DNA from: Smithellaceae bacterium | GTDB taxonomy: Bacteria; Desulfobacterota; Syntrophia; Syntrophales; Smithellaceae | Length of the DNA stretch: 64,000 nt | Assembly (NCBI GenBank): GCA_035448625.1 | Contig: DAOTJI010000003.1 | Location: forward strand, 14 to 64,013 | Direction of reading: 5' to 3' | Shown here: positions 8,299-16,705 of the stretch, piece by piece | Layout of the letters: every line of letters starts with the position of its first letter | How positions within the stretch are numbered: position 1 is the first letter of the stretch | Notes under the pieces: model-generated | Database searches by the model: none | Told to the model about the DNA's origin: nothing | Seen by the model: the letters and a program-made list of their open reading frames with translations, nothing else | Position numbers and translations under genes: made by a program

Positions 8299-8538
8299 TC
8301 ATGGATCGTTTCAGGTCAACAACCGTCGTGAATCTATGCAAAAAGAAGCCTTTAGTCAACAGGATTATTGGATTGATGAAGAATTTCCGGCCTTGTCTTT
8401 ATCGGCGCGGCTTGCCGTGTTGCAAATTCAGCCAGACCTTCAGAGTCAACAGAAACCATTGGCATTTTCCGGAAGCAGGGATTATAACGGGCAAAAGCGA
8501 AAAGCCTTTTGTGCAAATAAAAGGGGAGGTGCTCCATC

Positions 8539-8964
8539 GTGAATTATCATCTTTATCTGGAAAAAATCCGCGCCGGGAAAAAGGGGTTGAATCCCTACCT
8601 GGACCATTTCAACATCCAAGTGATAGATCTGTCATCCGGCCGCGCCGTCTTTCGGATGCCGGTGCGCCCTGAATACCTGCAGGGCGCCGGATTCATGCAG
8701 GGAGGTTTGATGGTCGCACTGGCGGACGAGGCCATCGCGCACGCCATGATGACGGTTCTCGCGCCGGAAGAAGGATTGACGACGATCGAGTTGAAAAGCA
8801 ATTTTCTGACCGGCGTGGACAAAGGAGAGCTTGTGGCCGAAGCGAGCGTTTTCAAGAAAGGCAGAAGCCTCATCATCGGAGATTGCCTGGTCACGGACGA
8901 CGGGCGAAAACCCGTTTGCCGCACTTCCGCAACCTTCATGCTGTTGAGATCAAAACAGAAGTAA
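8539..8964 (+). CDS. PaaI-family hotdog thioesterase
   Basis: 141 aa with a hotdog-fold pattern (QGGLMVALADEA...). GTG start preceded by GGGGAGG. Confidence 0.75.
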   Translation: MNYHLYLEKIRAGKKGLNPYLDHFNIQVIDLSSGRAVFRMPVRPEYLQGAGFMQGGLMVALADEAIAHAMMTVLAPEEGLTTIELKSNFLTGVDKGELVAEASVFKKGRSLIIGDCLVTDDGRKPVCRTSATFMLLRSKQK

Positions 8965-9024
8965 GGGCAGGGTGCAAACCGCCGGGTTATCGGCGATCCT
9001 GAGGGCGGAATGATCCGGATTCGC

Positions 9025-10359
9025 TCAGGCCAGAAGCCGCTCCACTTCGCCGCGGATTTCCTGCAGACGTTCGGCGGAGGACGCCTCAAAGCGAAGGACG
9101 ATGACCGGCTGCGTGTTGGAGCAGCGGACCAGCGCCCAGCCGTCCCCAAAGGGCACGCGGATGCCGTCAATGTCGATGACGCCCGGCGTATGCCGGTAGT
9201 GCTCCTTGATTTTGGCCACTACCGCTTTTTTCCGGTCATCATCGCAATCGATCCGGATTTCCGGCGTGGCGAAGGTTTTCGGAACGTCGGCGAGGAGTTC
9301 GGAGAGTTTCAGGCCGGTCTGGGAGAGAATCTCCAGCAGTCTTGCGGCGGCGTAAACGGCGTCGTCATATCCGAAGTAACGGTCGGCAAAAAACAGGTGG
9401 CCGCTCATTTCTCCCCCCAGCAGGGCTTTTTCCTCCTTCATCTTGGCCTTGATCAGTGAATGCCCGGCCTTCCACATCAGCGGCCTGCCGGAATATTTCC
9501 GAACGCTGTCGTAAAGGACCTGGGAACACTTGACTTCGCCGATGATGGTCGCACCGGGTTGATCCTTCAGAATAAAACGCGCGAACAACAGAAGCAGTTT
9601 GTCTCCCCAGATGATCTCGCCGGTGTCGCTGATCACGCCGATGCGATCCGCGTCTCCATCGAAGGCAATGCCGAGATCCGCTTTGCTTTCGGCCACCCGG
9701 CGGATCAGATCCGTCAGATTTTCCTCAACGGTAGGATCCGGAAAATGATGAGGGAAGCGGCCGTCCGGATCGCAATAGAGGGGGATGACATCGCAGCCCA
9801 TTCTTTCCAGAATGGGAAGGGCAAATTTCCCCCCGACGCCGTTTCCTGCATCGAGGACGACCTTCAGTTTTTTTGACACGCGGACGGAGTCGAAGATGTA
9901 GTCCTGGTAAATCGTCGTGATGTCCTTCGTCTGTGCGGTTCCTTTGCCGGAAAGATAGCTTCCGGATTCCATGATGCGTCTCAGTTCCTGGATCTGCTCC
10001 CCATGGATGGAATCGTACCCGACGCAGATTTTAAAGCCGTTGAACTCCGGCGGGTTATGGCTTCCGGTGATCATGACGCCGCCTCCCGCTCCTAAATGGC
10101 GGATGGAAAAATACAGCATGGGGGTCGCGCAAAGGCCGATGTCGACGGTGTTGACTCCGGCGGCGTTCAATCCCGCGATCAGAAAACGGCGGTAATCGTC
10201 CGAACTCAGGCGGCAGTCGCGCCCGACGGTCATGGTCCGGACATTGTGTTGAAGAGCATACGTGCCGATGGCGCGTCCCAGGTTCACGATAAAAACTTCG
10301 TTGAGGTCCTTGTCGACCGTGCCGCGCACGTCGTATTCACGAAAAACATTTGGATTCAT
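9025..10359 (-). CDS. Phosphomannomutase/phosphoglucomutase
   Basis: 444 aa with the active-site loop TGSHNPPEFNG, the Mg site FDGDADR and a GEMSGH loop. Confidence 0.85.
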   Translation of the reverse strand: MNPNVFREYDVRGTVDKDLNEVFIVNLGRAIGTYALQHNVRTMTVGRDCRLSSDDYRRFLIAGLNAAGVNTVDIGLCATPMLYFSIRHLGAGGGVMITGSHNPPEFNGFKICVGYDSIHGEQIQELRRIMESGSYLSGKGTAQTKDITTIYQDYIFDSVRVSKKLKVVLDAGNGVGGKFALPILERMGCDVIPLYCDPDGRFPHHFPDPTVEENLTDLIRRVAESKADLGIAFDGDADRIGVISDTGEIIWGDKLLLLFARFILKDQPGATIIGEVKCSQVLYDSVRKYSGRPLMWKAGHSLIKAKMKEEKALLGGEMSGHLFFADRYFGYDDAVYAAARLLEILSQTGLKLSELLADVPKTFATPEIRIDCDDDRKKAVVAKIKEHYRHTPGVIDIDGIRVPFGDGWALVRCSNTQPVIVLRFEASSAERLQEIRGEVERLLA

Positions 10360-10453
10360 TCTTTTTCCTCAAAACAAAAAGTTGCGCATCCGGGTATCCG
10401 GCGCCGTCCGCTTCTATACAATTTGGCCGGGGATGTCAACCGAAGAAGACGCG

Positions 10454-11140
10454 TCAAAAACGCTCCGGATTCAGCCGTCTCAGGATGTCCGGGGCTTCCG
10501 GGAGCACCAGGTCCGCCCCCGCCTGCAGGAAATCCTCTTTCTGAAAGCGCCCGGTCAGAACGCCGGCGGTTCGGGTCCCCGCATTTTTCCCCGTTTCGAT
10601 GTCGATCGGGTGGTCGCCGATCATGATGGACCGGCCGGGAACGGCACAAAGTTTGGACAGGGCAAAACGGATCTGCTCGGGATGCGGTTTGACGCGCCGG
10701 ACATCGTTGCGGCAGACGACCACCGGACAATAGTCATGAATATCCGGAAAGACCGACCGGACGGCTTCTTCACAGTTGCGGGTGATGATTCCCGCCCCAA
10801 GAGAAGCTTCCCGCAGTCCTGTAAGCAGCGCTTTTGTGCCGTCGAACAGCGAACCTCTTCTCGCCGCCTCCACTTCAATGTCTTCGATGATCCGGAAGGC
10901 TTCCCGTGTAAAGGAGACGGCTCCATCGGTTGAAATGATGTTGAGCAGGGTTTGAACTTCGTCGATCATCTCCAGGACAAACCGGTTTTGCAGACCGCGG
11001 GGATCCACTCCCCAGCGTTCTATCAGGGCGGAGACTTCCCGGCGCATTTGCTCAAAGTCGATGTTCAGCCGGGCCAGCGTTCCGTCAAAATCGAAGATTA
11101 CGGTGTTGATGGACGACCGGTCGAAGGGGATGGAGGCCAT
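10454..11140 (-). CDS. HAD-superfamily hydrolase (phosphoglycolate phosphatase-like)
   Basis: Motif I is VIFDFDGTLA, with a C-terminal GDHPIDIETGKNAG motif. Confidence 0.75.
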   Translation of the reverse strand: MASIPFDRSSINTVIFDFDGTLARLNIDFEQMRREVSALIERWGVDPRGLQNRFVLEMIDEVQTLLNIISTDGAVSFTREAFRIIEDIEVEAARRGSLFDGTKALLTGLREASLGAGIITRNCEEAVRSVFPDIHDYCPVVVCRNDVRRVKPHPEQIRFALSKLCAVPGRSIMIGDHPIDIETGKNAGTRTAGVLTGRFQKEDFLQAGADLVLPEAPDILRRLNPERF

Positions 11141-11144
11141 AAGT

Positions 11145-11978
11145 TCAGCGGGTTCCCGACGTGTAATGCAGGGGAATGATTTTCGTTACGACACGAGCCG
11201 GCGTGTCGGCCGGAAAGGAACCGCCCGCGACCTGACTGAGGAAATTCGTGATAATGAAAAACGTGGCTCCCCAAAGGATGTCTTCGCCCCCTTTGCCGTC
11301 CGGAATGACCAGGCAGGGGAACTGAAAATTTTGACGCGGGTCGGAGTTTCCGCTCTCCGATCTAAGTTCCAGAAGCGCGTAGGAAGAACTCCGGAAAAAA
11401 AAGCCGAGGGGGATTTCCAGTACCTTGTCCACTTCTTCGTTGGGCCGGTAGGGCCAGGGCTCCCTGACCAGACAGACCAAGGGAAAGATGGTCCGGGTGA
11501 AGAGCGTTAGAGAATAGGTGGGCAGCGCGCCCAGAAATTCGACGTTCAGCGGACTCAGTCCGATTTCTTCCCAGGATTCGCGAAGAGCGTTCATCAGAAA
11601 AAGCCGGACGAGCGAAAGGGTCTCTTCATCCTTGTTCGGCAGTTCGTAAAGAACCTGGTTTCCGGCGGTCCGAAGAATGCCGGTTTTCAAAAGGATATGA
11701 CTCAGCAGCTCATCCACCGGCCGCTCCAGCATACCGCCGGGACAACTGATGTCGCCGGACTGGGCGACGGCATCCGACCGCTTGATCAGCAAAAAGTTGA
11801 ATTCGGAATCTCTGAACAGCATGAGCAAAACGACGCCGGCTTCCAGATGTTTGGCGCCCGCGGCATTGGAGCGTTCAATGGAAAGGTGTTTTTCAAGGTA
11901 GTCGACGGGTGTCCGGTTCAGACGCTCCAGAACGTAAAGCGGAAAGGCATCTTTTGACCGAAGCAGGGTTAGGTCCAT
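11145..11978 (-). CDS. Nudix hydrolase (CoA pyrophosphatase-like) with an interrupted Nudix box
   Basis: PGGMLE ... ALRESWEEIGL. The two halves of the Nudix signature are present but are separated by an unusually long insert. Confidence 0.65.
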   Translation of the reverse strand: MDLTLLRSKDAFPLYVLERLNRTPVDYLEKHLSIERSNAAGAKHLEAGVVLLMLFRDSEFNFLLIKRSDAVAQSGDISCPGGMLERPVDELLSHILLKTGILRTAGNQVLYELPNKDEETLSLVRLFLMNALRESWEEIGLSPLNVEFLGALPTYSLTLFTRTIFPLVCLVREPWPYRPNEEVDKVLEIPLGFFFRSSSYALLELRSESGNSDPRQNFQFPCLVIPDGKGGEDILWGATFFIITNFLSQVAGGSFPADTPARVVTKIIPLHYTSGTR

Positions 11979-11980
11979 GG

Positions 11981-12973
11981 TTATACGTTGCTCTCTTGGT
12001 GAAGTTCTTCAAAAATCCGCTCATTGTACCAGCGCCGGTGGGGAAACAGGTCCACAAAACCGCAATGCCCGCCGAACGGATGCTGGGAAATCGTCAGAAA
12101 ACCGTGATCGCGAAGCTTCCGGAAATCATCGAGGCAAATGACCGGATCATCGGCTGCGATGAATATTTTGACCGGCACGCCGAGGTCACGGAAAGAATTT
12201 TCCGTCAGGGTATATAACTGAAAATAGGCCCGATAGGAAGAAAATTCCGGAAAATAGGCCATCATCTGATCCGTCAGCTCCATGCAGGACCGAGCCCGGA
12301 GCATGCCGCCGAAGTCGTAGCGGTTTGGAAAAGCTCCCTGTTTTTTTCTGAGCGAACGCTTCCACTTCCGCAGAAAATAATTCCGGTAAAGGGCGGGGCC
12401 GTTGTCGATGGTCAGCGTCGTTTTGTAAGGATCGAGGGGCGGACTGACGGCAAATACCTTTTTCAGGTTTTCAATCGGCGTCATCGAATGTCGCATTGCA
12501 ATCCTGAGCGCAAAATTGGCGCCCAGAGAAAAGCCCAGCAGATAAACCGGCCGGTTTTCTGCTTTCCGCGAGATGGCGTTTACGGCATCGAAGGTTTCCT
12601 CAATCAACGCCCCGTGAAAAAGGCCCGGATTGAGGTGATGGGAATCGCCGTGGTCCCTTAAATTGAGGCGGCAGACGGAAAAATTCCGGTCGAAAAAGTA
12701 GGAGCCGGCGGCCAGAATATAAGCCGACGAGGAGGAACCTTCCCAGCCGTGCAGCAGAATCATCATGCCCCGCGGACGCGGGTGAGGCGCCAAATAGGAA
12801 AGCAGCCGGGAACCGCCCGGCGTCTCGATGATGAATTCTCTTGAATCCTTTAAAAGAAGGCGGTGAGGCGGAACGATCAGGTGCGAAGACGCAAGAACTG
12901 ACTGGACGTGCCGGTTCTTTAGAAAAGACCGCGGTTGAAAGGTTGAATGCTGGTTTCGGGTTCCGGCCGCCAT
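11981..12973 (-). CDS. Alpha/beta-fold hydrolase (YheT-like)
   Basis: 330 aa with the nucleophile elbow GFSLGAN and an HGWEGSS oxyanion region. Confidence 0.75.
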   Translation of the reverse strand: MAAGTRNQHSTFQPRSFLKNRHVQSVLASSHLIVPPHRLLLKDSREFIIETPGGSRLLSYLAPHPRPRGMMILLHGWEGSSSSAYILAAGSYFFDRNFSVCRLNLRDHGDSHHLNPGLFHGALIEETFDAVNAISRKAENRPVYLLGFSLGANFALRIAMRHSMTPIENLKKVFAVSPPLDPYKTTLTIDNGPALYRNYFLRKWKRSLRKKQGAFPNRYDFGGMLRARSCMELTDQMMAYFPEFSSYRAYFQLYTLTENSFRDLGVPVKIFIAADDPVICLDDFRKLRDHGFLTISQHPFGGHCGFVDLFPHRRWYNERIFEELHQESNV

Positions 12974-13036
12974 GAATTTCCTGTTTTCTTAAAATGGTTT
13001 GTAATATCCGGGTGTTGTCATCGCGGACGGGTGAAT

Positions 13037-13113
13037 TGGTGGCGGTGCCTGGATTTGAACCAGGGACACTACGGATATGAGCCGTATGCTCTGACCAACT
13101 GAGCTACACCGCC
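13037..13113 (-). tRNA. tRNA with CAT anticodon (elongator Met, or Ile2 if lysidine-modified)
   Basis: The reverse complement is GGCGGTGTAGCTCAGTTGGTCAGAGCATACGGCTCATATCCGTAGTGTCCCTGGTTCAAATCCAGGCACCGCCACCA, which folds as a cloverleaf. The anticodon loop is CTCATAT and the CCA is encoded. G1-C72 is paired, so it is not an initiator tRNA. Confidence 0.9.
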
Positions 13114-13148
13114 TTGAAGAACGAGTATGGTTTGCGAAACCGCCGGAG

Positions 13149-13177
13149 GCTATACCGAAGAGTCCGGCGTTTGTCAA
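13149..13177 (-). promoter_or_regulatory. Sigma70-like promoter for the tRNA
   Basis: On the - strand: TTGACA (13177-13172), a 17-nt spacer, then TATAGC (13154-13149). It lies about 35 nt upstream of the mature tRNA 5' end. Confidence 0.5.
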
Positions 13178-13180
13178 TAC

Positions 13181-14932
13181 CTATTGCGGCATTTCCAGTT
13201 CATACACGACCAGAACGCTTCTTTCGCTCAGCGTCGCGCCGACGGACTGGACCAGCGCCAGAACAATTTCCGGCTTGCCGTCATTGTCGACGTCCTTGAA
13301 GCAGTAATCCGCGACATAACCGTTGATTTTCTTGGTCCGCCAGTTCTCCGCCATACCGAGGCCGTCCCACTCCAGATTGTAGATTTCGCTCGAGGTGAAA
13401 AGCTTCAGGTTTTTGAAGATGCGGCCCACCGACGACAGGTTTTTGACGATAATCATTTCCTTTTTGCCGTCGTTGTTCGTATCAAACATTAAAATCCGCA
13501 GGTTGGCGAAGGCGCTGTCCTCCTGCGTGGCTTCCGTGGACTGCTGTTTCTGCTTGTCCACGTTGTCGATGTAGTTGTTGCTGCCGCCGTACTGGGAGTC
13601 GCTTCTCCAGATCAGTTCATCGGGGCTGAAGCCGAAGGAGAAAATCCGGCTCAGCGGCTTGGTCGTCGGCGTAATGATGCACAGGTAGTCCAGGTCGTCC
13701 AGCGCGATGATTTTTTCACCGGTTCCCGGGCCCAGGGAGTCGATGGTCATCCCGTAAATGGACAATCCCACGGGGATTTTTTGTTTATCCCCGGGGACGT
13801 ATTTCCCGTCGCGCCAGACCATTTCATAAATCTGGGTATCGAAAACCTTGCCGCCCATGCCGTCGTGAAAGCTTCCCATGCCGTAGGTCTGCCCCAACAG
13901 CATAGGCGTTCCCGAGGACGGGGTGATGACTCTCAGGAAATAACGGATGTCGGAGGCGATCGTTTTGTAGTCGCCGTTTTCATACTGGAGCACAAAGGAG
14001 TTGAGCACCCGGTCGTTGAGAGACGTCACGATGATCTCCGGCGTGCCGTCCTTGTTGATGTCCGCCACGTCCACAGAGATGTATTTATGGTAGGATTTGC
14101 CCTTGATCTGTTTGAGGAGCTGCAGATTGTCTTTGGTCTTCAGGTAAATGTATACGTTGTGGCGGTCGATGATGACCACTTCGTTTACGCCGTCCTTGTT
14201 GACGTCGCCGATGTCCATCCCGTTGAATTCCGTTTTGAACTGCTGGCTCATCCAGAAGCCCTTCTTGCGATCGAGCGGGTCGGACGAGTTGATGAATTCC
14301 GCGTTGATCATCGACGTCAGGGTCCCCTTGCCTTTGCCGGATTTCATGCCGGCGATGATCTGCGCTTCCCGTGACGCAACGGAAACGGGCGGGGGCGCGG
14401 GGGCGCCGGCTCCCGCCTGAGGCGCCGCGGACGCGACAGCCGGCGGGGTTTGTGCAACGGTCCCCCCGGTAATATGCCGGACAATGCGCTGCGAAAAATC
14501 GTTGATTTTGGGAATGACTTCATCAAGGGTCTGGGATTGGGAGAAAATGCCGACGTCCGATTTTCCCCCGGCGATATCGATCAGCTTGCCGTCGATGCTG
14601 ATGCTTTTTCCGATTTTGGTGATGCTTCCCCAGACCACGTAGTCGGACTTCAACTGCCGGCCGATGCTTTGAACATCCGACAAATTCAATTCTTTTCCAC
14701 CCGTTTTTTTCAGGATGTCCGAAACCACGTCTTTGCGCGTCACCTCGATCTGGTCGGCCCCGGAGAGGCGGCTCGTCAGCATGTCGTTGATTCCCTGCCG
14801 CACATATTCAATGTTTTCAGCGCTGTTGAGCGCGAAGGGCAGGACGGTCACCGTGTATTTTTCCTTTGCCATGAGGGTCGCCGCGACCAGCAGCACGGCG
14901 AGAAGGCAAAATCCGATCATTGCTTTTTTCAT
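13181..14932 (-). CDS. Secreted FG-GAP/VCBS-repeat protein with an N-terminal CsgG/TolB-N-like domain
   Basis: The signal peptide is MKKAMIGFCLLAVLLVAATLMA (ATG at 14932, GGAGAA RBS). An Ala/Pro-rich linker follows. There are four Ca-binding-type repeats: DVNKDGVNEVVI, DINKDGTPEIIV, DTNNDGKKEMII and DVDNDGKPEIVL. Confidence 0.7.
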   Translation of the reverse strand: MKKAMIGFCLLAVLLVAATLMAKEKYTVTVLPFALNSAENIEYVRQGINDMLTSRLSGADQIEVTRKDVVSDILKKTGGKELNLSDVQSIGRQLKSDYVVWGSITKIGKSISIDGKLIDIAGGKSDVGIFSQSQTLDEVIPKINDFSQRIVRHITGGTVAQTPPAVASAAPQAGAGAPAPPPVSVASREAQIIAGMKSGKGKGTLTSMINAEFINSSDPLDRKKGFWMSQQFKTEFNGMDIGDVNKDGVNEVVIIDRHNVYIYLKTKDNLQLLKQIKGKSYHKYISVDVADINKDGTPEIIVTSLNDRVLNSFVLQYENGDYKTIASDIRYFLRVITPSSGTPMLLGQTYGMGSFHDGMGGKVFDTQIYEMVWRDGKYVPGDKQKIPVGLSIYGMTIDSLGPGTGEKIIALDDLDYLCIITPTTKPLSRIFSFGFSPDELIWRSDSQYGGSNNYIDNVDKQKQQSTEATQEDSAFANLRILMFDTNNDGKKEMIIVKNLSSVGRIFKNLKLFTSSEIYNLEWDGLGMAENWRTKKINGYVADYCFKDVDNDGKPEIVLALVQSVGATLSERSVLVVYELEMPQ

Positions 14933-15153
14933 TTTATTCTCCGTGGTTGACGGTTTTTCAATATGGAAACCGGAAGTGTTTCTAGCATTTAAAAATTGAT
15001 AATTCAAGGTGGTTTTCATCGCGGTGTAAGGCAAAACAGAAGAGGGCGGTATTCACCGCCATGAAAAATCGTATTGTCAGACCAGCGCCTTTCATGTAAA
15101 GAAAACAACTTACATTGCCGGATATTTTCAGGCTGGGGAAAGATGGAGGATAA

Positions 15154-16443
15154 ATGGAAAAAGCAACATTGACGCTCAATGGGATGACGTATGAACTGCC
15201 GATCATCGAAGGGACCGAGAACGAGAAGGGCATCGATATCTCCCGGTTACGTCAGGATACGGGACTGATCACGCTGGATGTCGGTTACCAGAACACCGGT
15301 TCCTGCATTTCCGCCATTACCTATATCGACGGAGACAAGGGAATTTTACGATACCGCGGGATTCCCATCGAAGAGCTCGCTGAAAAAGCAAGCTTTACCG
15401 AAGTGGCCTACCTCCTCATCTACGGGGAGCTTCCCAACCGGGAGCAGCAGCAGCTATTTTCCCAGCGGCTGACGCAAAACTCCATGATTCACGAGGAAAT
15501 GCTGCGTTTCTTCGACGGCTTCCCGCCGACCGCCCATCCGATGGCGATTCTGGCGACCATGGTAAACTCCATGTCCGTGTACTATACGGACTATTTCACG
15601 GAAGATTTCAGGGCCGAGACGTTCGATCTGATGGCCGCCTCGCTCATTTCCCGAATTCGCACGATTGCCGCCTATTCCTACAAGCACAGCATCGGCCACC
15701 CGCATGTTTATCCCAAACGGGATCTCAAATACGCGTCTAATTTTCTCTATATGATGTTCGATTCTCCGGTGAATCCCTATGTGCCGGATCCGGATATTGA
15801 AAAGGCGCTCTCCACGCTCATGATCCTTCACGCCGACCATGAGCAGAACTGCAGTACGTCCACCGTGCGATTGGTGGGCAGCAGCATGGCCAATCTGTAT
15901 GCGTCGATCTGCTCCGGCATTTGCGCACTGTGGGGCCCGCTGCACGGGGGCGCCAACCAGAAGGTGATCGAGATGCTGGAAGAAATCCAAAGCAGCAAGC
16001 GGTCGATTCAAAGCTGCATCGATTCGGCCAAGGACAAGGCGAGCAAGTTTCGGCTTTTCGGCTTCGGCCACCGGGTGTACAAGAACTACGATCCACGCGC
16101 GCGGATTCTGAAGCAATACTGCGAAACCCTCTTTCAAAAGCACAATTACAAGGATCCGCTGATCAATATCGCCATGGAACTGGAAGAAGCGGCTCTGAAG
16201 GATGATTTTTTCGTCCAGCGAAAGCTGTATCCCAATGTCGACTTTTACAGCGGTATTCTGTACCGGATGATCGGCATTCCCACCAATATGTTCACGGTCA
16301 TGTTTGCCATCGGCCGCCTGCCCGGCATGATCGCGCAGTGGAAGGAAATGCACGACACCGTTCCGCTGAAAATCGGCCGTCCGCGCCAGATCTATACGGG
16401 CAGCAACCTTCGGCACTACATCCCGATGGACGAGCGGGGATAG
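15154..16443 (+). CDS. gltA: Citrate synthase
   Basis: 429 aa with typical citrate synthase motifs (HADHEQNCSTS, GPLHGGAN, GFGHRVYK). GGAGG RBS. Confidence 0.9.
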   Translation: MEKATLTLNGMTYELPIIEGTENEKGIDISRLRQDTGLITLDVGYQNTGSCISAITYIDGDKGILRYRGIPIEELAEKASFTEVAYLLIYGELPNREQQQLFSQRLTQNSMIHEEMLRFFDGFPPTAHPMAILATMVNSMSVYYTDYFTEDFRAETFDLMAASLISRIRTIAAYSYKHSIGHPHVYPKRDLKYASNFLYMMFDSPVNPYVPDPDIEKALSTLMILHADHEQNCSTSTVRLVGSSMANLYASICSGICALWGPLHGGANQKVIEMLEEIQSSKRSIQSCIDSAKDKASKFRLFGFGHRVYKNYDPRARILKQYCETLFQKHNYKDPLINIAMELEEAALKDDFFVQRKLYPNVDFYSGILYRMIGIPTNMFTVMFAIGRLPGMIAQWKEMHDTVPLKIGRPRQIYTGSNLRHYIPMDERG

Positions 16444-16473
16444 CGGAAAAAAACGCGTGGAGAAAATTTTTTC

Positions 16474-16502
16474 TTGACTTTTGCCGGCCGATTGCCTATA
16501 CG
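16474..16502 (+). promoter_or_regulatory. Sigma70-like promoter of the leader/transporter operon
   Basis: TTGACT (16474-16479), a 17-nt spacer, then TATACG (16497-16502). Confidence 0.5.
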
Positions 16503-16521
16503 CGCCCTAAAAGGACAAACT

Positions 16522-16608
16522 ATGATGAAAAAACAGATCACCGTTCAGACATTCCGCTTTTTCTTTTTTAGCTTTATCGGCGACAGGGTCTGCCTGGACG
16601 TATCATGA
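16522..16608 (+). CDS. Phe-rich leader peptide (28 codons), candidate attenuation leader
   Basis: AAGGA lies 6 nt upstream of the ATG. The ORF encodes MMKKQITVQTFRFFFFSFIGDRVCLDVS, with 6 Phe in 8 consecutive codons. It is too short for the ORF track. Confidence 0.6.
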   Translation: MMKKQITVQTFRFFFFSFIGDRVCLDVS

Positions 16609-16629
16609 CCTGGCATCAAGGGGAATGAA

Positions 16630-16666
16630 CCGTGGGCGGATGAAAATTTGCCCACGGTTTTTTTTT
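16630..16666 (+). terminator. Intrinsic terminator (attenuator terminator and/or gltA terminator)
   Basis: CCGTGGGC (16630-16637) / GCCCACGG (16650-16657), a 12-nt loop, then nine consecutive T (16658-16666). Confidence 0.85.
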
Positions 16667-16705
16667 ATTTGAAAATCGCAAATTCAAAAACAGGGGGATC
16701 AGATC

